This document shows, piece after piece, positions 16,920 to 24,448 of a stretch of DNA of 32,000 bases. The stretch lies in assembly GCF_000011125.1 (NCBI RefSeq), contig NC_000854.2:1530001-1562000 (forward strand), in the 5' to 3' direction. Each line of letters begins with the position of its first letter. The stretch's first letter is position 1. The stretch comes from Aeropyrum pernix K1. GTDB lineage: Archaea; Thermoproteota; Thermoprotei_A; Sulfolobales; Acidilobaceae. The notes below the pieces were generated by a model that did no database searches, was not told the origin of the DNA, and was given only the letters and a program-made list of their open reading frames with translations. The position numbers and the translations under genes are program-made.

Positions 16920-18707
16920 TTGGACGTTGAAATGCTTGTCAGAAGGTTTCTCGCAGTCAAGTCCTCCCACACACCGAGGATAGACCCCTCGACAGGCTGC
17001 ATCTACTACCTCTCCGACTCTGCTTCCAGCCAGCCCGTGATATGGAAGAGCTGCGAATCGCGTAATGACGTCTGGCTCCCTTGGGAGAGGCGGGTAGGAT
17101 CTCTCGAGATTGCCCCCGACGGTCTTGTAGCGTTTTCCACAGACAAGGATGGTGATGAGCGGTGGTCTATCTACATTGCTGGTGAGGACCTGGGTGTGAG
17201 ACTAGTTGCCGGCGAGGACGGCAGCATTAACATGATAGGTCCCTGGAGCCCTGATGGAAGGCTTCTCGCATTCACAAGCAACAAGAGGAACGGCGTTGAT
17301 TTTGACCTCTACGTCTTCGACCGGGAGAAAGGAAGCGTTAGCATTGTAGTGGAGGGTGAGGGGATCATAGCAGCATCATCATGGATCGATGGCAGCCGCC
17401 TTCTGGCTGTAAAGAGGAATAGCAACCTCGACAGCGACATATTGGCAGTAAACGTGTATAAAGGTGAAGCTAAAGTTCTCACCAGACATAGAGGAGAGGA
17501 GCTGAACACCTCACCCCGCCCTATTGGAGGCGGGAAAGCCCTGTTTATAAGCAATATGGATAGTGAGTTCACAGGCATAGCTCTCATCGACCTACAGACT
17601 GGTGATAGGAGACTGGTCTTCAGGGAACAGTGGGACGTGGAGGCGTTGGAGGTTTCTGGCAAAACGGTAGTCTACTCCCTAAACGTTGATGGGGAGAGCA
17701 GGGTTTACACGACTAAAATCGATGAACGGGGTTCCCTGCTACAACCCCGACCCATTGAGGGGCTGCCGAGAGGCTCGCTGCTGTCATTGGACCTGAACGA
17801 GAAGCTAGGTCTCGCGGTCTTCTCGCTCAGCACTCCTAAACACGGGATAGAGATTTACATTGCTGGGCTCGGGAGAAGCGCATCTAGGCTTACCGTAAGC
17901 CCCAAGGCGTGGCTGAGAGAGGATGAGTTTGTCGAGCCGGAACATTTCTCCTACGAGAGCTTCGACGGTATTAAGGTAAGAGCGCTACTATACAAGCCGG
18001 ATAAACCTCTCTACACCCCGCCTCCAGCCGTCGTGTATCTACATGGAGGTCCTGAGAGCCAGGAGAGGGTTAGATTCAACGTGTTTCCCCAAGCTCTAGC
18101 GGCCATCGGTATAGCGACTATCGCCCCTAACTACAGGGGGTCCACAGGCTATGGCAGAAGGTTTGTCCATCTTGACGACGTGGAGAAGCGTATGGATGCG
18201 GTTCGCGATGTTTATTATGCGGTCAAGGCGGCTGTGGAAGCGGGGCTTGTCGATGGCTCCAGGCTCTGTGTAATGGGCGGCTCCTACGGAGGCTACCTGA
18301 CTCTCATGTCACTCGCGATCTACCCCGACTTGTGGAAGTGTGGGGTTGAGATTGTTGGAATAGTTAACCTCGTCACATTTATAAGGAACACTAGCCCTTA
18401 CAGGAGGAGGTACCGCATAGCCGAATATGGCGACCCCGATGTACATGGCGAGATCATGCTGAAGCTCAGCCCTATAACCTACGTTGAGAATATGAAGGCT
18501 CCACTCATGGTTATACATGGCGCCAAAGACCCTAGGGTGCCTGTAAGCGAGGCGGAGCAGCTAGTTGAGGCACTCTCGTCCAGAGGCGTAAGAGTCAGGT
18601 ATGTTAGGCTTGAGGACGAGGGGCACGGTATCGTGAAGCTTGAGAACAAGCTCAGGGTGTATAGGGAAGCCCTCGAGTTTATATACGAGAATCTCGCTAG
18701 CCGATAA
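16920..18707 (+). CDS. S9 prolyl-oligopeptidase-family peptidase (acylaminoacyl-peptidase-like)
   Basis: N-terminal beta-propeller-like WSPDGRLLAFTSN repeats, then VYLHGGPESQ, NYRGSTGYGRRF, CVMGGSYGGYLTL (Ser), GAKDPRVPVSEAEQL (Asp), DEGHGIVKLENK (His). TTG start. Confidence 0.92.
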   Translation: MDVEMLVRRFLAVKSSHTPRIDPSTGCIYYLSDSASSQPVIWKSCESRNDVWLPWERRVGSLEIAPDGLVAFSTDKDGDERWSIYIAGEDLGVRLVAGEDGSINMIGPWSPDGRLLAFTSNKRNGVDFDLYVFDREKGSVSIVVEGEGIIAASSWIDGSRLLAVKRNSNLDSDILAVNVYKGEAKVLTRHRGEELNTSPRPIGGGKALFISNMDSEFTGIALIDLQTGDRRLVFREQWDVEALEVSGKTVVYSLNVDGESRVYTTKIDERGSLLQPRPIEGLPRGSLLSLDLNEKLGLAVFSLSTPKHGIEIYIAGLGRSASRLTVSPKAWLREDEFVEPEHFSYESFDGIKVRALLYKPDKPLYTPPPAVVYLHGGPESQERVRFNVFPQALAAIGIATIAPNYRGSTGYGRRFVHLDDVEKRMDAVRDVYYAVKAAVEAGLVDGSRLCVMGGSYGGYLTLMSLAIYPDLWKCGVEIVGIVNLVTFIRNTSPYRRRYRIAEYGDPDVHGEIMLKLSPITYVENMKAPLMVIHGAKDPRVPVSEAEQLVEALSSRGVRVRYVRLEDEGHGIVKLENKLRVYREALEFIYENLASR

Positions 18708-18800
18708 CAAGAGCGAAAAAGTTATTAGGACCCTTTTCCAAGATTTATAAAGGTATCGCTCTCTACCAAAGCGGTAAATTATATATTTAGGGTGCTTAAC

Positions 18801-19769
18801 ATGGCTTCGGAAATACCTTATGACGAGAGCCCTTCTGGCGAGGAAAGCGGGGAGATTAAATGCAAGAACATCGTGACAGACCCGGTAAGAGGTCTGAAGA
18901 TTTGTGCTGACACTGGAGAGATAATAGGCGAGGACATTATAGGGACTGAGAGTGACGTCAAAGCCTACACGCCAGAGGAGAGGCAGCAGAAAACCCATTA
19001 CGGAGGCCCCCTAAAATACTCACACCACTATATGGGTGTGGAGGCTAGCCTCGAGCACCCCAGAGACCACGGCCCCAAGGGTATTAAGCAGAGGAAGATA
19101 CTGCCCAGAAGGCCCCCCCGCCTCTCAGCTAGACCTCTGACCAGTGTTGACAAAAACCTGCAGACAGCACTCTCGCTCATTAACGAGGTAGCGAGCAGAA
19201 TGGGCATGCCCGAGATAGTTGTTGAAGACGCGAGCAAGATCTACAGAGAGGCCATGGAGAAAGGGCTGACCCGGGGTAGGAGCATTGAAAGCATAGTGGC
19301 GGCGTCCCTCTACGCTGCATCACGCATACACGGGCTCCCGCATAGCCTAACAGACATTATAAAAGCCATGAAAGGAAACGTCGATGCTGAGACCCGCAGA
19401 GACGTCGCCCGGAGTTACAGGCTCCTTGTCAGGGATCTCAACATAAAAATACCGGTTCGTAAGCCGGAGAACTTTGTCTACACTATAATCAGTGCCCTAG
19501 GTCTTCCAGAACACGTCGCTATAGAGGCGATCAAAATAATAGACCTTTCCCGCAAGAAAGGCCTAACCGCAGGTAAGGATCCAGGCGGGCTTGCCGGGGC
19601 AGCAGTATATCTGGCGGCGCTCAAGCATGGGATCAGGAAGACGCAGAAGGAGATAGCCCACGTAGTTGGGGTAACGGAAGTTACAATCCGGAATAGATAC
19701 AAGGAGATAGCCCAGGCCCTAGGCATTGAGGAAGAGCTAGAGGAGAAAGGTGGCGAGGAAAAAGGCTAG
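18801..19769 (+). CDS. transcription initiation factor B (TFB/TFIIB-like), divergent paralog
   Basis: Two cyclin-like repeats (KNLQTALSLINEVASRMGMP...RGRSIESIVAASLYAASRIHGLP; ENFVYTIISALGLPEHVAIEAIKIIDLSRKKGLTAGKDPGGLAGAAVYLAALKHGIRKTQKEIAHVVGVTEVTIRNRYKEI). Track start is GTG 18792; ATG at 18801. Confidence 0.9.
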   Translation: MASEIPYDESPSGEESGEIKCKNIVTDPVRGLKICADTGEIIGEDIIGTESDVKAYTPEERQQKTHYGGPLKYSHHYMGVEASLEHPRDHGPKGIKQRKILPRRPPRLSARPLTSVDKNLQTALSLINEVASRMGMPEIVVEDASKIYREAMEKGLTRGRSIESIVAASLYAASRIHGLPHSLTDIIKAMKGNVDAETRRDVARSYRLLVRDLNIKIPVRKPENFVYTIISALGLPEHVAIEAIKIIDLSRKKGLTAGKDPGGLAGAAVYLAALKHGIRKTQKEIAHVVGVTEVTIRNRYKEIAQALGIEEELEEKGGEEKG

Positions 19770-19880
19770 GACCCGCATAGTGCAGGTGCAGTAGGCTAAG
19801 TGTCCACAGTCTCCACGCTATACCCTCTTTTTACCCTCCCTTTCCACCTCATCCTTCATGGTATCCTCTGTATCTATCCT

Positions 19881-20951
19881 CTAGGGGGTGCCGACGAGTA
19901 CTTTAGGGCATTCTAGGGGAGTGCCTATTGGGGCTAGGTAAGCCTTCTTTATAGCATCTCTTGTTATGCTTTCCGGACTTGTGTACGGGTAGATCCTGTC
20001 TATAGCCACACCCATATCTCTGAGGATCCTCATAACGTGGTGAACCGTCTCGCCCGATCCCATAGTCTGTAGCAGAACCACGGGCTTCTTATCCGCATAG
20101 CTTGTAGCCACTGCAGCGCTGGCAACTGGTGGCATGACCGGCAACGCGTATGCTAGCCTCTCGGGATCGTGGTGCCTCAGCACCGCAACTATACCGCTTG
20201 GTGTGCAGTAGGGTGCGCATCTGAGTCTATATCCCAAAATGGCTTTTCTCTTCCACAGCCTGTAGTACTTGCGCTGTGTCTTTATCAGGCTTAGCCCGTA
20301 GGTCCTGGCCATGCTTGCCACGCTTCTCAAAGCGTCTATGTTAGCCTCTAGTAGTAGGAGAACGACGACCTTGTCGGCCGGGTATCTCCTACCGGAAAGG
20401 TCTGGTAGGCCCTTCTCGTATGTCTCCATAAACACTTTCTTCATACCGTCAAGTATACTCTTCTCTGGCTTGTAATACGGGTCCATCCTAATGTAGGGTA
20501 TACTAGCTAGAGCAGGCCTTGAACCCCAAACTATGTGAGTAAAGTATATGTCGTCGGCTTCTACACTGTTTGCAAACTCTTCAACACAACCCTCAGGAAC
20601 GATAAAAGTCTGCATAAAACGGCCGTCTAAAAGTCTAGCGGTGCTTTTAGGTGGAATATCAGCTAGCGTGGGGCTATTGCTAACGATGGCGACCTGGCTT
20701 AGGTCGAGCCTCTCATAGTTTATAGAGACCCCGAACTGGAAGCCCGCCGCCCTGGCCCTCTGAACAAGTTTATATAAATTCCTCTCAGCTAGGCCCAATT
20801 TCTGGGCATAGGACTTTATAGACGGCGGTAGACCCTCCTCAGTCGAGTATCTTGTTAATGCTTCTATGATCTGTGCAAGCCTAAAATCAATCATATTATT
20901 CTTTATAACTCTTGAAACTCTAGTCCTCCTAACCTCGACTTCTCCAGACAT
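19881..20951 (-). CDS. orphan crenarchaeal protein with predicted N-terminal helix-turn-helix
   Basis: 356-aa ORF; N-terminus IIEALTRYSTEEGLPPSIKSYAQKLGLAERNLYKLVQRARAAGFQFGVSINYERLDL looks like a winged-helix/HTH. The rest is not recognised. Confidence 0.65.
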   Translation of the reverse strand: MSGEVEVRRTRVSRVIKNNMIDFRLAQIIEALTRYSTEEGLPPSIKSYAQKLGLAERNLYKLVQRARAAGFQFGVSINYERLDLSQVAIVSNSPTLADIPPKSTARLLDGRFMQTFIVPEGCVEEFANSVEADDIYFTHIVWGSRPALASIPYIRMDPYYKPEKSILDGMKKVFMETYEKGLPDLSGRRYPADKVVVLLLLEANIDALRSVASMARTYGLSLIKTQRKYYRLWKRKAILGYRLRCAPYCTPSGIVAVLRHHDPERLAYALPVMPPVASAAVATSYADKKPVVLLQTMGSGETVHHVMRILRDMGVAIDRIYPYTSPESITRDAIKKAYLAPIGTPLECPKVLVGTP

Positions 20952-21152
20952 TTCCCACGATACACCACTACATAATAATAAGCATCAATATTTAATAAAT
21001 TTTATATTGTCTTGTAGCTCGCCCTTGAATCCCGGGAATATCTGAAAACTATGGGTGCAAAGCGATATATCGTATTGACCTAGTAAATATTAGACTTATA
21101 CACAGTTGTAAGTACGAGTTTAGACTGAAGACCCGAAAATCCCAGGCCGAGG

Positions 21153-21163
21153 TCCTTATAAAA
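21153..21163 (+). promoter_or_regulatory. TATA-like box upstream of the three-way-junction RNA candidate
   Basis: TCCTTATAAAA at 21153-21163 within an intergenic region; about 27-30 bp upstream of the start of the GC-rich foldable segment. Confidence 0.5.
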
Positions 21164-21187
21164 CTGTTCCTCACGGTAACTACTAAT

Positions 21188-21270
21188 TAACGGGTGGGCC
21201 CCGGCCTTAGGCTTCTAAGCGACGCCCCCGAAACCCGGGGGAGGATGACCGGGGCCCCTCCCGGCCTTTC
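21188..21270 (+). ncRNA. candidate structured non-coding RNA (three-way junction), unknown family
   Basis: Pairings found by hand: 21191-21194 CGGG with 21260-21263 CCCG; 21196-21204 GGGCCCCGG with 21249-21257 CCGGGGCCC; hairpin 21206-21210 CTTAG / 21215-21219 CTAAG; hairpin 21225-21230 CCCCCG / 21236-21241 CGGGGG. TATA-like box upstream, no ORF in the track. Confidence 0.5.
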
Positions 21271-21617
21271 AAGTTAAAAAATCCATGGTTTCCCAAATAA
21301 CCTACAAACACGTTCTATAAAGTAGACTGGGCTCCCTACAACCTTACTATTAGAGTTGTTGACCTGTGCTCCGAAGCTCTCATACAGTACAATATATGTA
21401 CCGAGCCTACTGCTCTACTGCCAGTGTTACGCCTATCCACCATAGCAGTTGTTATCGCCGTTGACATGCGAGCTAGGTTGTTAAGGCAGGAGGCAGACGA
21501 GCAGGCTTCCCTATCTCGAAATACCTCTCCAAGATAGACCAGTATGAAGGCCAGGTTATCCTACATGCTCTTGGTTATTAGTCCAGCTGTGGCCAGTCTA
21601 AATTTAGGAGATCCGCT

Positions 21618-22715
21618 GTGGAGCAGCCCGGATTTAAGTTAAGGGCGGTTACAATCCATTTCGAGGCTTCGGCTGATGTTGATAGCATTGAGGATGCCGT
21701 CTTTAAAGCTAAGGAGGCTATTGACCGTCTAACGGCGGAGAAGGGGGTGGAGGTTTGGAGCCTGAGAGCAGTGCTCACCCCGGGAGAGAGTGTTGCCGAT
21801 TCCCTGGGTAGAGTTGCCGAGCTTGAGCCTTTAGTTGAGGAGGAGGGCGTTTTCATCAACCTCGGGCTACACAATGCTTCTGCCGATGATTGGGAGGCTG
21901 TAAGTGGTATAGTTGAGAGCGGGTTCTTCTTGAGCTTCGCCCTCGAGAATGGCACTTGGGAAGAAGCCAGAAGCTATTCTAAGCTTCTTCACCGTCTAGC
22001 AGATAAGAGTCCTGATCTGGCTGTGCACATTGGCTTCAACCCGCTGGGAACACACATACTAACACCTTATTTCCCCCTAGCCACCAGCCCCGGCGAGCAA
22101 AGAACCGTGACAGTTGCTCTTCTTTACCCTAGATATCTTCTTGAAAGCTTCAGAAAAGGGGGTCTCCAGGCCGTTATTGATTCCATGGTTGATGCTGCAC
22201 AACTTTCCGGGGAGTATGGTAAAGCTGTGGCAAAAGATGTAGAAGGCTCATTCGCGGGTGTGGATCTCAGCATTTCGCCATGGATGGAGGAGTCCAGCCT
22301 AGCTCTTGTCGAGGAGGTTGGGGGCGTAAGGCTTCCGGAGCCCGGTTTCGCCTATGGACTTAGGCTTGTCAATGAAGCTATAGCCGCGGCTGCCTCAAAG
22401 ACCGGGTATGCCGTCGGGTTTAACGAAGTCCAGCTCCCGGTTGCAGAGGATTCGAAGCTGAAAGTCAGAGTTGCCGAGCTGGAAACGTCGGCCAGGGATC
22501 TTCTGAGACTATCTGGAGTATGTCTAGCCGGTCTAGATATGGCAGTGATCCCCGCCTCCCTTGATGGTGTTGCAGGACTCCTGCTCGAGGCCAGGGCCTA
22601 CTCTAGGGCTAAGGGCAGTATAGTGGGTGTTAGGCTGATACCGCTCGACGGCGTGGAGCCGGGCGACGAGGTCTTCTTGAAGAGGTTTGGGGAGGTGCCC
22701 GTCATACCAATCTAA
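21618..22715 (+). CDS. DUF711/UPF0210-family protein (archaeal)
   Basis: FKLRAVTIHFEASADVDSIEDAVFKAKEAI...VWSLRAVLTPGES..., VEEEGVFINLGLHNAS, VGFNEVQLPVAEDSKLKVRVAELETSARDLLRLSGVCLAGLDMAVIPAS. Confidence 0.75.
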   Translation: MEQPGFKLRAVTIHFEASADVDSIEDAVFKAKEAIDRLTAEKGVEVWSLRAVLTPGESVADSLGRVAELEPLVEEEGVFINLGLHNASADDWEAVSGIVESGFFLSFALENGTWEEARSYSKLLHRLADKSPDLAVHIGFNPLGTHILTPYFPLATSPGEQRTVTVALLYPRYLLESFRKGGLQAVIDSMVDAAQLSGEYGKAVAKDVEGSFAGVDLSISPWMEESSLALVEEVGGVRLPEPGFAYGLRLVNEAIAAAASKTGYAVGFNEVQLPVAEDSKLKVRVAELETSARDLLRLSGVCLAGLDMAVIPASLDGVAGLLLEARAYSRAKGSIVGVRLIPLDGVEPGDEVFLKRFGEVPVIPI

Positions 22716-22738
22716 CGTCTTCCCCGGGAACAACGTTG

Positions 22739-23167
22739 CTAGTACCTTATCTCCCATCCCACTACTGCAAAGAGAATCGATATCAGAGTCACGGCTATTA
22801 TGTGGGCAGCCATGTCAACAGTGCTAATACTACCCCCCCGCCTATATCGCCTTATTATTCTAAGACGTGCGTCAACTGCCAACAGTATGGTTGCAACAAG
22901 GAGTGCAATCTTCAAATTCACAAGGCTAGCCACAGCCCCCTCAGGCCAGCCCAGCTTCACCGCCATATATAACCCGGTAACAGCCGCTATCACCAGACTA
23001 GGCATTCCAATCTTCTCGTAGACACTCTCAAACTGCTCAAGATGCCTAAAATCGCCAGTAGCAATGAATCTCGGTAGGTAGCCGAGAACAATCACAATAT
23101 GGCCGCCTATCCAGACTGAAGCAGCCAGGATATGAATTAGCTGGGCGACTTGGTAATCAGTAACCAT
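22739..23167 (-). CDS. CopD-like small integral membrane protein
   Basis: MVTDYQVAQLIHILAASVWIGGHIVIVLGYLP...YEKIGMPSLVIAAVTGLYMAV: four transmembrane segments with the His-bearing CopD-like pattern. Track start 23191. Confidence 0.6.
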   Translation of the reverse strand: MVTDYQVAQLIHILAASVWIGGHIVIVLGYLPRFIATGDFRHLEQFESVYEKIGMPSLVIAAVTGLYMAVKLGWPEGAVASLVNLKIALLVATILLAVDARLRIIRRYRRGGSISTVDMAAHIIAVTLISILFAVVGWEIRY

Positions 23168-23415
23168 TCTTAACCCCCTATATCCCTTCAAGGAACCACG
23201 GCATTATGAGAGATATCTTACGGCTAAATAGAATATTGAATATTGTACATATTTAATCTAAAGTAGCCCACTCTGGAATCCCGACGAGAGATCTCTTTAC
23301 ACTCAGGCTCGATAAACTACCAAGCATAACTACTTAACAATCAAATTTTTCCAGATTATCTTGATAACATGCTGGGCTAGCGCCCCTCATATATTAACAG
23401 AAAAGAGGGATGGAA

Positions 23416-23511
23416 CCTCAATAGGAGGTCAGATGGACTAGGAATCGTCATAGGTGCCTTCAGCGGCACCTCCGTCCGGGTTTTACTCTCCATCTGGTGT
23501 TTTGTTCTTCC
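23416..23511 (+). ncRNA. candidate structured transcript, unknown family
   Basis: TATA-like CATATATTA at 23388-23396; hairpins 23416-23419 CCTC/23425-23428 GAGG, 23430-23436 CAGATGG/23490-23496 CCATCTG enclosing 23452-23458 AGGTGCC/23465-23471 GGCACCT; T-rich tract GTGTTTTGTTCTTCC at 23497-23511. No ORF. Confidence 0.35.
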
Positions 23512-23581
23512 GCCTCTATCCTTTCCAACCTATGGTGAAAAATACTTATGGGTGTTGTGTTATCATACGGCCTCAGCCGGC

Positions 23582-24445
23582 TTAGCAGCCCTCTGTTATC
23601 CTCCTAAGCCTCTCTGCAAGTGAGGCGATCAGTCTAGCCTTCTCCTTGTCTATGGGATTCCAGGGCTTCCCCCCGAGCTTTATGCTGGAGCCTATTATAA
23701 AACCGTCTGCTATATGCCAGTACTTCGATAGATTTAGCTGTGACACGCCGCTTCCCACGACGGTTTTTACCTCGTACTCCGAAGCAGTTCTGGCTGCCGC
23801 CACAACTTCGTCAGCGTCTGGCGCTCCTCCTGTAGCATGTCCTGTGAGCACAACTCCAGCTATTGGGACGCCGCTCCTCTCTATACAGTCCCTCACCGTC
23901 TGGGCTATACTCGTCTCCACTAGAGGCTGGCTGTGCTTAACATCTACATCAGCCAGTATCTCTATGCGCCTCTCCTCTAGTATACCCAGGAGAGCCAGGC
24001 TTTTTGCAAGACGCGCAGCGTCAGGCTCTAATATGCCTTCGGGGGATAGCCTAGTCTCACACAGGCTATTCACACGTATAAAGCTGCCTCCGCCCGAGTA
24101 CGCTGAAGCTAGAGCTTCGACGCTACCGTTTCTAAGCATGTTAACCCCGACAGGTATGCCTACTGCCGAGGAAACCTCACGTACTATCCTCGTCATTGCA
24201 GAAACCTGGAGGGGCCCGGGAGTCTTGGGATAGGGCGTGTCACCGTAGTTTTCTAGGATAACCCCGTCGAACCCGGCATCCTCGTATACGGAGGCCTCAG
24301 ACACTGCGTACTCTATTATCTCCTCTAGGCTCCAGACCTTACCCAGCCTGGGTGGATACCGCCTGGCCTTATAGCCCGTTGAGCCGGGAAGAGGTGGCAG
24401 GTGTACAACACCCAGTAGGGGCTTGCACCTCTGAAAAACCCCCAT
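23582..24445 (-). CDS. BtpA-family protein
   Basis: LLGVVHLPPLPGSTGY, DAGFDGVILENYGDTPYP, GIPVGVNMLRNGSVEALA, VVLTGHATGGAPDADEV, VVGSGVSQLNLSKYWHIADGFIIGSSIK. Confidence 0.88.
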   Translation of the reverse strand: MGVFQRCKPLLGVVHLPPLPGSTGYKARRYPPRLGKVWSLEEIIEYAVSEASVYEDAGFDGVILENYGDTPYPKTPGPLQVSAMTRIVREVSSAVGIPVGVNMLRNGSVEALASAYSGGGSFIRVNSLCETRLSPEGILEPDAARLAKSLALLGILEERRIEILADVDVKHSQPLVETSIAQTVRDCIERSGVPIAGVVLTGHATGGAPDADEVVAAARTASEYEVKTVVGSGVSQLNLSKYWHIADGFIIGSSIKLGGKPWNPIDKEKARLIASLAERLRRITEGC

Positions 24446-24448
24446 AAG

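Noticed and set aside
21188-21270. Interpretation of the GC-rich element as a tRNA or hammerhead ribozyme
   Set aside because: No T-arm GTTCRA or anticodon-loop pattern on either strand, and of the hammerhead core only a loose match to one strand is present.
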